Shown here: piece after piece, positions 1 through 8,761 of the stretch
Numbering within the stretch: position 1 is the stretch's first letter
Layout of the letters: each line of letters opens with the position of its first letter
Notes under the pieces: model-generated
What the model saw: the letters and a program-made list of their open reading frames with translations, nothing else
Told to the model about the DNA's origin: nothing
The model's database searches: none
Made by a program: the position numbers and the translations under genes
Source of the DNA: an uncultured Marinilabiliaceae bacterium
GTDB lineage: Bacteria > Bacteroidota > Bacteroidia > Bacteroidales > Marinilabiliaceae
Length of the DNA: 64,000 nucleotides
Direction: 5' to 3'
NCBI GenBank assembly: GCA_942490535.1
Contig: CALNXQ010000001.1
Span: forward strand, 124,396-188,395

Positions 1-1
1 T

Positions 2-649
2 GATAAAAACTGGGGCATCACAGCCAGTGACGATCCGGATGTGGGGTATCAGGAGCACCGGCCACAGCATAACGATAATGGTACCATTGCACCAACAGCT
101 GCATTAGGGAGTTTCCCTTACACGCCACAAGAATCAATGAAAGCCCTGAAATACTTCTACCGCGAGCGAGGGGCAGACCTGTTTGGACCCATGGGGTTTT
201 ACGATGCTTTTAACGATAATCAGAGTTGGGTGAAACAATCCTACCTGGCCATTGATCAGGGACCCATTCTTATTATGATGGAAAATCACCGAACAGGATT
301 GATCTGGAATACGGTGATGAAGGATGCAGATGTCAAAGCCGGATTGAAGAAACTAGGATATGAAAAGGTAGATACCTCTATAGGCAAGGGGCCTAAAGTC
401 AGAAAAGATGTGAAAGTGGTTCAGGAAGCGCAATCCAATCAATTTTCACTTTTATTTCCAGAGCCACTGGAAGCGCCTGTTGAAATAAATATTTATACCA
501 CGGATGGTGTTCTTGTTCAGCATGAAAGGATGGATGATACAGGGCGTAGTTCCGTGGCGGTAAATGTAGCCTCGTTGGGCTATGGGATCTACTTGTTTAC
601 AGTTTTAGCAGGGAACTCAATTTATGGTGGAAAATTTCTAAATAAGTAA
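2..649 (+). CDS. 5'-truncated (window edge) glucoamylase-like (alpha/alpha)6 glycoside hydrolase, GH144-like putative endo-beta-1,2-glucanase, with C-terminal T9SS (Por) sorting domain
   Basis: The reading frame is open back to the window edge; the track's 'start' is a GTG read as M. The C-terminal catalytic-region motifs (IAPTAAL..FPYTP, FYDAFN, IDQGPI, MENHR) are shared with the paralog at 3055..4428. The last ~70 aa (NIYTTDGVLV...GIYLFTVLAGNSIYGGKFLNK) fit the T9SS CTD pattern. Confidence 0.6.
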   Translation, partial: DKNWGITASDDPDVGYQEHRPQHNDNGTIAPTAALGSFPYTPQESMKALKYFYRERGADLFGPMGFYDAFNDNQSWVKQSYLAIDQGPILIMMENHRTGLIWNTVMKDADVKAGLKKLGYEKVDTSIGKGPKVRKDVKVVQEAQSNQFSLLFPEPLEAPVEINIYTTDGVLVQHERMDDTGRSSVAVNVASLGYGIYLFTVLAGNSIYGGKFLNK

Positions 650-659
650 AAGAGATAAA

Positions 660-2945
660 ATGAATAAGCTTAGTCTAGTCGGATTAATAGTCCTTTTTGT
701 GTGGGGATGTTCAGGTAATAACAGTGAACCGGTAGCAGCAAAGAATCAATGGAACGATCAGCCGGAAATGGATCGGTTTCTGGATTCATTAATGACGGAG
801 ATGACCCTGGAGGAGAAAATTGGTCAGACCGTATTATTTGCCAGTTGGTGGGATGTAACGGGTCCTGTTTCCGATAATAATATTGTGGAAGATGCGAAAC
901 AAGGTAAAGTGGGTGCTGTGTTTAATGCACTAACTGCTGATTTTATTTATCGCATGCAGAAGGAGGTGGTCGAAAATTCGCGTTTAGGAATACCCTTGTT
1001 ATTCGGATATGATGTGATTCACGGCTATGCCACAACATTTCCTACTCCTTTTGCCATGTCGGCTTCCTGGGATCCTATCCAAATTGAAAAAAGTTGCCGG
1101 GTGGCTGCTATTGAGGCCGCTGCAGACGGTTTGAATTGGACCTTTGCTCCCATGGTTGACATAGCTCGTGATCCAAGATGGGGACGGATTGCTGAAGGAG
1201 CCGGTGAAGATACTTATCTGGGAAGTGTCATTGCGGCTGCTCAGGTAAGAGGTTTTCAGGGAACTGATTTATCTGATGAGTCAACTTTATTAGCTTGTGC
1301 CAAACACTTTGCCGCTTACGGGGCTGCTCAGGCTGGCAGGGATTATCATACCGTGGATATCTCGGAACGTGTATTGCGCGAAGTATACCTGCCGCCATTT
1401 AAAGCCGCTTGTGATGCAGGTGTGGCCACCTATATGACTGCCTTTAATGAATTGGATGGCACACCATGTTCGGCCCATGAACACCTGTTAAATGATATTC
1501 TGAAGGAGAAGTGGGGCTTCAATGGATTTGTAGTGACGGACTATACTTCAATTAAAGAGATGGTTAATCACGGCAGTGTGGCTGATGAGAAAGAAGCAGG
1601 AGAAGCGTCTATGAATACAGGTGTTGATATGGATATGCAGAGTGGTATTTTTATGAATCATCTTAAGCAATCCGTTGAAGAGGGAAAAGTAAAGGAAGCC
1701 ACTGTCAACGAAGCTTGTCGTCGTATTCTGGAGATGAAATACCGGTTGGGACTATTTGAAGATCCTTATCGCTATTGTCGGCCGGATGCCGAAAAGCAAA
1801 ACAAAATAAAGAGCCCTGAGCATTTTGCATTGGCCCATGAAATGGCAAAAAAGAGTATTGTTTTGTTGAAGAATGAGGGAGGACTCTTGCCCTTAAAGAA
1901 GGATGTCCTTAAATCTGTAGCCTTAATCGGGCCAATGACAGATGAACAAAAACAACAGTTAGGTGCATGGCATACCACAGGTAAGCCCGAAACAGTAACA
2001 ACAATTCTAACAGCTTTTAAAGAGAAGTTAGGAACGGATACAAAAATATATACTGCCAAAGGATGTGATTGGGAAGGTGATGACCGTTCTGGGTTTGCTG
2101 AAGCTCTCGCACAAGCAAAAAAGGCCGAAGTAGTAGTGATGTGTATGGGTGAGCGTGAGAATATGGGAGGAGAAGCGGCCAGCCGTGTACATATTGATAT
2201 TCCTGTTATTCAAAAAGAATTGATCAAAGCCATCTATAAAACCGGTAAACCAATTGTCTTATTATTACACAACGGACGCCCGTTAACGATTACCTGGGAG
2301 AATGAAAATCTGCCAGCCATTGTGGAGTGTTGGCATTTGGGTAGCATGGCTGGCCCGGCCATTGCGGATGTGGTGTTTGGTGACCATAATCCTTCAGGAA
2401 AGCTGACCGCCACTTTTCCTAAACATTTAGGACAGGTACCTATTCATTACAACATGAAAAATACAGGGCGTCCTTATAATCCGAATGATCATTTTACAAC
2501 CCGTTACCAGGATTGCTCCAATGAGCCGCTCTATCCGTTTGGCTATGGGTTAAGTTACAGCTCGTTTGAGTATTCTGACATAAGCTTAGATAAAACAATT
2601 CTTGAACCGACGGGATCCATCCGGGCCACTGTTCAGGTAACCAATACCTCAGGGCATGATGGGGAGGAAGTGGTACAGCTTTATATCCGTGATTTGGTGG
2701 GTAGTGTTACTCGTCCGGTGAAGGAATTAAAAGGGTTTGATAAGGTGATGATTCCTGCACACAAAGCAGTAGAAGTAGTGTTTACGATAGAGGCTGAAGA
2801 TCTGGCTTTTTGGCGTAAGGATATGACTTTTGGCGCTGAGAAAGGAAGCTTTCAACTGTTCATCGGTACGAATAGTGATGTGGAACAAAATGTACTGTTT
2901 GAGTTGACCGAATCGGTGGATGTAGATCCGTATGTAGCCCGTTAA
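660..2945 (+). CDS. GH3 family beta-glucosidase (BglX-like), lipoprotein signal (LFVWGCSG)
   Basis: GH3 hallmarks are present: KHFAAYGA, GFNGFVVTDY, and a C-terminal fibronectin-like/GH3 C-domain. It starts 10 nt after the upstream GH144-like gene, consistent with an operon. Confidence 0.85.
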   Translation: MNKLSLVGLIVLFVWGCSGNNSEPVAAKNQWNDQPEMDRFLDSLMTEMTLEEKIGQTVLFASWWDVTGPVSDNNIVEDAKQGKVGAVFNALTADFIYRMQKEVVENSRLGIPLLFGYDVIHGYATTFPTPFAMSASWDPIQIEKSCRVAAIEAAADGLNWTFAPMVDIARDPRWGRIAEGAGEDTYLGSVIAAAQVRGFQGTDLSDESTLLACAKHFAAYGAAQAGRDYHTVDISERVLREVYLPPFKAACDAGVATYMTAFNELDGTPCSAHEHLLNDILKEKWGFNGFVVTDYTSIKEMVNHGSVADEKEAGEASMNTGVDMDMQSGIFMNHLKQSVEEGKVKEATVNEACRRILEMKYRLGLFEDPYRYCRPDAEKQNKIKSPEHFALAHEMAKKSIVLLKNEGGLLPLKKDVLKSVALIGPMTDEQKQQLGAWHTTGKPETVTTILTAFKEKLGTDTKIYTAKGCDWEGDDRSGFAEALAQAKKAEVVVMCMGERENMGGEAASRVHIDIPVIQKELIKAIYKTGKPIVLLLHNGRPLTITWENENLPAIVECWHLGSMAGPAIADVVFGDHNPSGKLTATFPKHLGQVPIHYNMKNTGRPYNPNDHFTTRYQDCSNEPLYPFGYGLSYSSFEYSDISLDKTILEPTGSIRATVQVTNTSGHDGEEVVQLYIRDLVGSVTRPVKELKGFDKVMIPAHKAVEVVFTIEAEDLAFWRKDMTFGAEKGSFQLFIGTNSDVEQNVLFELTESVDVDPYVAR

Positions 2946-2978
2946 TTGAAGCATCTATTTAATTAATTTGGATAGAAG

Positions 2979-3025
2979 AGCCCTTTGTTGATCGATGAAC
3001 GTTTGCAAAGGGCTTACTTTTTTTA
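2979..3025 (+). terminator. Rho-independent terminator after the GH3 gene
   Basis: A 9-bp stem AGCCCTTTG/CAAAGGGCT (2979-2987 / 3006-3014) is followed by a T-run at 3018-3025. The ORF-track start 2995 lies inside this hairpin and is therefore spurious. Confidence 0.6.
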
Positions 3026-3054
3026 TTCACGCTGTAGTAAAGAATTTAGATCAT

Positions 3055-4428
3055 ATGAAAGCTTTGATAAAAATAACAGAGAATATTAAAGTCATAACTG
3101 TTTATGTCCTTTCATTTTTTGTACTAATTGGGTGTTCCAAGGATGAAAAACCACCTGAATTTCCTGATATACCACCAATTGTTGAAGAGCCGGTTGAGAA
3201 AATACCAACCGAAGAATTATTGGAGCTTGTTCAAAAACGCACATTCAATTATTTCTGGGATTTTGCCGAGCCTGTCAGCGGGTGTGCCAGAGAACGCTCG
3301 CAGGATGATGCCTATGAAGGTCAGTCACCACGTTTAATAGCCACTGGAGCAACAGGGTTTGGGATATCGTGTTTTCCTGCTGCTGTTACCAGAGGTTGGA
3401 TTACCCGAGATGAGGCAATGGCTCGAATGAATAAAATATGTGCATTCCTGGAGAATTGTGAGCGCTATCATGGCGCTTACGGGCACTGGTATTATGGAGA
3501 TAATGGCCAAATCAGGCCTTTTTCCTGGCATGATGATGGAATTGATTTGGTGGAGACGGCCTTTTTGATGCAAGGGATGTTAATCAACAGACAATTCTTT
3601 GATGGTGATAAACAGGCAGAAATTGATCTTAGAAATAGAATTACTGCACTTTGGGAAGCGGTGGAATGGAATTTTTTTGATCCCGGAGATAACACCTTAA
3701 ACTGGCATTGGTCTCCCAATCATGCTTTCCATATGGGCATGAAAGTGGGAGGATGGAACGAGGCATTAATTGTATATGTTTTGGCAGCAGCTTCTCCAAC
3801 CCACACAATTGGTAGAGATACCTATGAAAATGGCTGGTTCGCCCACGGTGGTAAAATGTATAATGGAAAATCATTCTATGGAATACATTTACCCTTATCG
3901 ATTGACTTTGGAGGTCCTATGTTCTGGTCGCATTATTCCTTCATTGGTTTAGATCCCAGGAATTTGGAGGATCAGTATGCGAATTATTGGGAACAAGTGA
4001 CAGCTCATGCACTCATCAACTATTCCTATTGTCGGGAAAATCCTAAAGGCTATAAAGGGTATGGAGGCGATAGCTGGGGGCTCACATCAAGTGATAATTA
4101 CTTGGGATATGGAGGACATGAACCTGGAAATGATTTGGGCGTAATCGCCCCAACAGCTGCATTGGCATCTTTCCCCTATACTCCTAAGCAATCCTTAAAA
4201 GCTCTGGAATATTTCTACTATGAAAAGAATACTAAATTATGGGGAGAATATGGTTTTTATGACGCTTTCTCGGAGCATTATAATTGGTATTCCAATGGGT
4301 ATATTGGTATTGACCAGGGACCAATTGTAGCTATGATCGAAAATTACAGAACCCAATTGCTGTGGAATCTTTTTATGGCCGATCAGGAGGTTAAAGATGG
4401 CCTGACAAAATTAGGATTTGGTTTCTAG
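3055..4428 (+). CDS. Glucoamylase-like (alpha/alpha)6 glycoside hydrolase, GH144-like putative endo-beta-1,2-glucanase, lipoprotein
   Basis: The start was reassigned to the M of MKALIKITEN...VLSFFVLIGCSKDE, which is a lipobox. It is a paralog of the truncated ORF at 2..649 (about 60% identical over the shared C-terminal region). The GH144-GH3 pairing is known from Chitinophaga beta-1,2-glucan loci. Confidence 0.6.
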   Translation: MKALIKITENIKVITVYVLSFFVLIGCSKDEKPPEFPDIPPIVEEPVEKIPTEELLELVQKRTFNYFWDFAEPVSGCARERSQDDAYEGQSPRLIATGATGFGISCFPAAVTRGWITRDEAMARMNKICAFLENCERYHGAYGHWYYGDNGQIRPFSWHDDGIDLVETAFLMQGMLINRQFFDGDKQAEIDLRNRITALWEAVEWNFFDPGDNTLNWHWSPNHAFHMGMKVGGWNEALIVYVLAAASPTHTIGRDTYENGWFAHGGKMYNGKSFYGIHLPLSIDFGGPMFWSHYSFIGLDPRNLEDQYANYWEQVTAHALINYSYCRENPKGYKGYGGDSWGLTSSDNYLGYGGHEPGNDLGVIAPTAALASFPYTPKQSLKALEYFYYEKNTKLWGEYGFYDAFSEHYNWYSNGYIGIDQGPIVAMIENYRTQLLWNLFMADQEVKDGLTKLGFGF

Positions 4429-4532
4429 TCATGATAAACGGCTAATTGATTTCAATTGTAATCCAAAACACAGGATAGGTTCGTTTTGATGTTGGAGACC
4501 AGTACGAACCGTTCTGCTTTTTAATAAATGAT

Positions 4533-6530
4533 ATGAGAACGTTAATGTACGCGCTTTGGAGCATGGCTCTATTGCTTGGTGCTTCAGCCGTGTTTAGTAG
4601 TTGCACGTCCCAAACACCGCTTCACACGATTTCGTCGCCTAACAGAAATGTAAGTGTTGATTTTGGGCTCGATACGATAGGACAACCTTTTTATCAGGTC
4701 TGGTATGACGGCCAATCCGTGATACAAAAGTCGGATATGGGCTTTATTTTGACTGGTGGAAGGTCGTTAAATAACCGGTTTGCGCTGGACGATAAAATTG
4801 TAAACCATGTAGATGAGGTATGGGAGAATTATTGGGGGCAACGCCAGTATATCCGTAATAACTATTCCGAAGCCGTTTATTCACTGAGGCATGACTTAGG
4901 CACATTAAAGGTGTTTTTTAGGGTGTATGACGATGGTGTGGGATTTCGCTATGAGATAGAAGCCAATCAAGGATGCGAGATTGCGATTGCTGATGAATGT
5001 ACTTCTTTTAATTTGTCGTCCGATGCCCAAAGCTGGTGGATTCCGGTGGATGATGATAGCTATGAGAAATTTTATGAGTACACAACGGTGGAGGCTGTTG
5101 ATTCGATACAAACCCCATTTACCATTGAATTGGCTGAGGATATGTATGCGTGCATTCATGAGGCTGCCCTCCTCGATTTCCCTTCCATGACCTTGAAGAA
5201 AGATGAAAGCGGTCAGATAAGAAGCCGTCTGGTGCCCTCATCAAAAGGGATTGCTGCTAATGGCGGAGATAAGGTTAGGAGTCCATGGCGCACCATTACT
5301 TTGGGGCATCGTGCTATTGATTTGGTCAACTCAAACCTTATTGAAAACCTGAATGAAGCACCTCAGCAAGATTTCTCATGGGTGAAGCCCCTTAAGTACA
5401 TGGGTATTTGGTGGGAAATGCACCTGGGATTAAAATCCTGGTCGCCCGGTGATAAACATGGGGCTACAACAGCACATGCCAAAGAAATGATCGATTTTGC
5501 CGCGGCCAATAGTATGAACGGTTTGTTGGTGGAAGGGTGGAATCTTGGATGGGAACAGTGGAAGGATTTTGATTATTGTCAACCTTATCCAGATTACGAT
5601 TTGGAGGCCGTGGTAAAATATGGGCAGTCGAAAGGCGTGGACATTATTATTCACAACGAAACAGCAGGGTATGTAGAAGAATATGAAAAGCAGATCCCTG
5701 AGGCCTTTGATTATTATCAGAAGCTCGGTATTAAATACATTAAAACCGGGTATGTAGGCCCCATTAAAAATGGGGAGCCGCATCATGGGCAGTACATGGT
5801 GAATCATTATCAGTATGTGCTGGAAGAAGCGGCTAAACGCGGTATCTGCATCATTGGGCATGAGCATATCAAACCCACCGGACTACACCGCACCTGGCCT
5901 AATTTATTGGCTGTTGAATCGGCCCGGGGACAGGAATATAATGCTCCCTGGGCACCGGAAAACAATCCGGTGGCTCATTCCCTCATCTTGCCGTTTACGC
6001 GCTTGATGGGTGGCCCGATGGATTATACACCCGGCCTCTTCGACTTAACCTACGAGCAACATGGCATCAGCAATAAACGGGCTTATTCTACTCTGGCTCA
6101 TCAATTGGCACTCTATGTTGTTTATTCCAGTCCGGCTCAGATGGCCTGTGATTTACCTCAAAACTATAAGGATCATCCCGCATTTGAGTTCATCCGTCAG
6201 GTACCGCTGAATTGGAGTAAAAGCATCTATCTGGAGGGTGAAATTGGCCAATGCCTGATGGTAGCCCGAAAGTCGCGTGAAAAAGATAGTTGGTTTTTAG
6301 GTGCAATGAACGGCGATGGGGAACGAAACATTGAGATATCGCTTGATTTTCTGGATGGCCACTGTCAATATGAAGCCATTGTTTATAAAGATGGAGAGCT
6401 CACAGACTGGCAGAATAATCCGCAGGAAATATTGATCGATCATCAAAAGGTAGATCTCAATTCCACATTGCAGTTAAGATTGGGTGCCGGAGGTGGGTGT
6501 GCCATAATATTGAGGCCCTGCAAGGATTAA
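4533..6530 (+). CDS. GH97 family alpha-glucosidase (SusB-like), lipoprotein
   Basis: It has a lipoprotein signal (AVFSSC). Its size (665 aa) and the N-terminal beta-sandwich pattern (SPN.NVSVDFGLDT.GQPFYQVWYDGQ) followed by a TIM-barrel region are typical of GH97. Confidence 0.7.
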   Translation: MRTLMYALWSMALLLGASAVFSSCTSQTPLHTISSPNRNVSVDFGLDTIGQPFYQVWYDGQSVIQKSDMGFILTGGRSLNNRFALDDKIVNHVDEVWENYWGQRQYIRNNYSEAVYSLRHDLGTLKVFFRVYDDGVGFRYEIEANQGCEIAIADECTSFNLSSDAQSWWIPVDDDSYEKFYEYTTVEAVDSIQTPFTIELAEDMYACIHEAALLDFPSMTLKKDESGQIRSRLVPSSKGIAANGGDKVRSPWRTITLGHRAIDLVNSNLIENLNEAPQQDFSWVKPLKYMGIWWEMHLGLKSWSPGDKHGATTAHAKEMIDFAAANSMNGLLVEGWNLGWEQWKDFDYCQPYPDYDLEAVVKYGQSKGVDIIIHNETAGYVEEYEKQIPEAFDYYQKLGIKYIKTGYVGPIKNGEPHHGQYMVNHYQYVLEEAAKRGICIIGHEHIKPTGLHRTWPNLLAVESARGQEYNAPWAPENNPVAHSLILPFTRLMGGPMDYTPGLFDLTYEQHGISNKRAYSTLAHQLALYVVYSSPAQMACDLPQNYKDHPAFEFIRQVPLNWSKSIYLEGEIGQCLMVARKSREKDSWFLGAMNGDGERNIEISLDFLDGHCQYEAIVYKDGELTDWQNNPQEILIDHQKVDLNSTLQLRLGAGGGCAIILRPCKD

Positions 6531-6652
6531 TCAATTTATTCAGTAAAAAAATAAACATCTTAATTAAGTGAGGAGTTACTTGGGTAAGCTTGAGTAGTTT
6601 CTCACTTTTTTTATCAGTTTAGTAAAGTATATGGTGGGGATTTATTGCCTTG

Positions 6653-6682
6653 TTGTTTCTTTGACTGAAATAGCTACTTTTG
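6653..6682 (+). promoter_or_regulatory. Bacteroidota sigmaA-type promoter (TTG-N19-TACTTTTG) for the 6699 gene
   Basis: TTG at 6653-6655, a 19-nt spacer, and the -7 box TACTTTTG at 6675-6682 match the TAnnTTTG consensus. The predicted TSS is about 10 nt upstream of the ATG. Confidence 0.5.
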
Positions 6683-6698
6683 CAACATAATTCATTGA

Positions 6699-7166
6699 AT
6701 GGAAGTAGCAATGACTGATAAAGGGAGTACACATCAATACGCATTTAAAATTATACCTGAAAAAAGATTGATCCTGGAGGTTCATGGCGGATTGAGCAAT
6801 CTGGAAGCTGCTATATCCATTAAGAAGGAGGAGGTGCAGCACGAATTATTTTCATCAGAGTATAATATCTTATCTGATGTGAGGGCATTACGGTTTAATT
6901 TGAAGAGCCGCGATGCCCATGGATTATTTGAGTATGTTTCCGGCCAGCCAGATATAACCAGTAATCAGCGAAAAGTAGCCTTTCTGACTAGTGAATCGGA
7001 TCAGGTCGCCATCACAACGGTATATAAAATGTTACACAAGAAAGACCATGGTCGATACCGCGTTTTCTCTACTCTGGAGTATGCCTTAATTTGGTTACAT
7101 CTCGATTGGACGGAAGAGGAGTTAACCTGTGAATTAGAGGCAATGGGCGAGGGTTTGAATCCATAG
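6699..7166 (+). CDS. Hypothetical small cytoplasmic protein, STAS/SpoIIAA-like fold suspected; paralog of 54621..55025
   Basis: There is no signal peptide. It shares a C-terminal EAxxWL-type motif (LEYALIWL vs REAAMEWL) and overall organisation with the 134-aa ORF at 54621..55025. An alternative start is M at 6711. Confidence 0.45.
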   Translation: MEVAMTDKGSTHQYAFKIIPEKRLILEVHGGLSNLEAAISIKKEEVQHELFSSEYNILSDVRALRFNLKSRDAHGLFEYVSGQPDITSNQRKVAFLTSESDQVAITTVYKMLHKKDHGRYRVFSTLEYALIWLHLDWTEEELTCELEAMGEGLNP

Positions 7167-7221
7167 AAGATCCCATGATGGAAGAGAGCGTGTTTTTGCC
7201 TATAAATAATCGTTGTGATTG

Positions 7222-7241
7222 AGACAAGGCATGCCTTGTCT
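7222..7241. other. 20-bp perfect palindrome AGACAAGGCATGCCTTGTCT
   Basis: Read directly from the sequence; it lies 56 nt downstream of the stop of the 6699 gene and has no following T-run. Confidence 0.8.
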
Positions 7242-7525
7242 GTAACCTATTCCCGCATTGGCCATCATTCATCCCCTTCTCATCATTCCCACCAATTCCA
7301 TCAGATCCTGCAGGTCCGTCGTCCCCATTATTTCCAATTAAATAAATATTACTTGTGTTATGTTCAATTAGGTTCTTGTTAGATACGCCCTCTAGGTGTA
7401 TGTGCAAACGCACTCGCATGTGTGCATGCACCGCTTCAATGGTGTATCTACTCGTAGGTGTCTGGTGTACCCAGGTGCTGGTTGGTGGTGCATGCATAAG
7501 TAGGTTCGTGGTGTAGGCTTTTATT

Positions 7526-7558
7526 AAAAGGACCAGTATCCAAAGTCCTGGTCCTTTT
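7526..7558. terminator. Bidirectional intrinsic terminator (convergent genes)
   Basis: An 11-bp perfect stem AAAAGGACCAG/CTGGTCCTTTT with an 11-nt loop is flanked by A-run and T-run. It sits between the + gene ending at 7166 and the - gene ending at 7575. Confidence 0.7.
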
Positions 7559-7574
7559 CGAATCAGCAACCGGT

Positions 7575-8288
7575 TTATTCCACAATCAATAAGTGATCAA
7601 ACCGGGTAGTACGTGGTTCTTTCAAAGTTGTGCGACTGGCTGTGAACTGAGTCACAATTTCCAATTCGTATTCACCTTGTGGAAGGGCAGGTATCATTAC
7701 CATCAATTCTTTCCGTTCATTCTTTACTATTTGTGGGCATTTAATGCGATTATCGTCAGCCTGGCTGATGAGGTAAACACCATTATCGGCATGTTCGCCG
7801 GTAATTTTAATTTTCTCTCCCTTAATGATGATCACGTTGTTAGGCGTGATGAGGCTGTCTTCGCTATTCGTGAGGCTATCAATAACCTTACCAATCACTG
7901 GATCAACAGTGGCTACACCCAAAATATCTACATCTACCGCTTGCAAAGCACTGCGCAATTGGGCACCTGGTGTGAAAGAGGCCGTCACTTTGTGCTCCTT
8001 TTTATCAAAGCGGTTCGTTGCTCCCTGGAAACTACCGTTTACACCCACACGGGCATAGCAAACGCCATTGTTGACGGCAAATCCCTCGGCTAGTTTACTT
8101 ACTTTTAATCGGTCAGTGCGGCTGAGTATCTCCAAAATGGCTTCTTCTTTATACTCCGTTCCCTCTTCAACCAGCAGTTGTGCCAACTCTTTATTGGTTA
8201 AAATGCCGTTTGTTTTAACTTTTCCATAGTAATCATTGGGGCTCGAGGTGAGCTGGTTGTCGTACAACCAAATGTTTAGTTTATTCAT
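7575..8288 (-). CDS. HU-like DNA-binding domain fused to a DUF4469-like (Ig-like) domain protein
   Basis: The N-terminal ~90 aa resemble Bacteroidota HU-family proteins (NGILTNKELAQLLVEEGTEYKEEAILEIL...). The C-terminal beta-rich region resembles DUF4469. This architecture is common in Bacteroidota. Confidence 0.5.
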   Translation of the reverse strand: MNKLNIWLYDNQLTSSPNDYYGKVKTNGILTNKELAQLLVEEGTEYKEEAILEILSRTDRLKVSKLAEGFAVNNGVCYARVGVNGSFQGATNRFDKKEHKVTASFTPGAQLRSALQAVDVDILGVATVDPVIGKVIDSLTNSEDSLITPNNVIIIKGEKIKITGEHADNGVYLISQADDNRIKCPQIVKNERKELMVMIPALPQGEYELEIVTQFTASRTTLKEPRTTRFDHLLIVE

Positions 8289-8761
8289 ATTTTAATTGTT
8301 TTGTTTGGACCCCGGTTGAGTGGGGCATATGTTTATTATAAAAAAGTTAAGGTGAATAATTTATAAATGCAATTGGGTAATAGCATTTGCCAAAGGCTTT
8401 TTTCTGTGCCTCCTGTTTCTGTCTCCCTCCCGCTGTTTTGATTTGTTTTTTGAAAGGAGTACTGCATTTGGTGATACTTCCGATGCAGGTTGTAGTATAT
8501 GAGATAGTTGTAGTGTAATCTAATGTTCAGTTCCGTCACATATAGTTCATATTTTCATTATTCGTGGCGATTGTTAACCATATTTTCTAACTTGAAGGAT
8601 GATTATTCAGGTACAGGGAGTTGGTGGATAAGAGGGGGGAGGCTGGCTGATATAATTTTCAACCTGGACAAATCAGTAGAGACCGGTGAATGTGAAAACG
8701 CACTGTTTAATAAGAAAAGACCTTTATCAGTTATCAATAATTATTAACTAACACATCTCCT

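Noticed and set aside
2995-3054. Upstream extension of the GH144-like lipoprotein ORF (track start 2995)
   Set aside because: The ATG lies within the loop and stem of the GH3 terminator hairpin. A canonical lipoprotein signal begins at 3055.
7069-7569. 166-aa minus-strand ORF with a glycine-rich, collagen-like stretch
   Set aside because: It starts with TTG inside the stem of the 7526-7558 terminator and overlaps the 3' end of the 6699..7166 gene. Its low-complexity composition mirrors the GT-rich DNA. It is treated as non-coding.
8523-8747. 74-aa ORF in the 470-nt gap upstream of the Gfo/Idh/MocA gene
   Set aside because: Its composition is W/S/Y-rich with no recognisable features. It lies where the promoter of the downstream operon is expected, so it is probably spurious.
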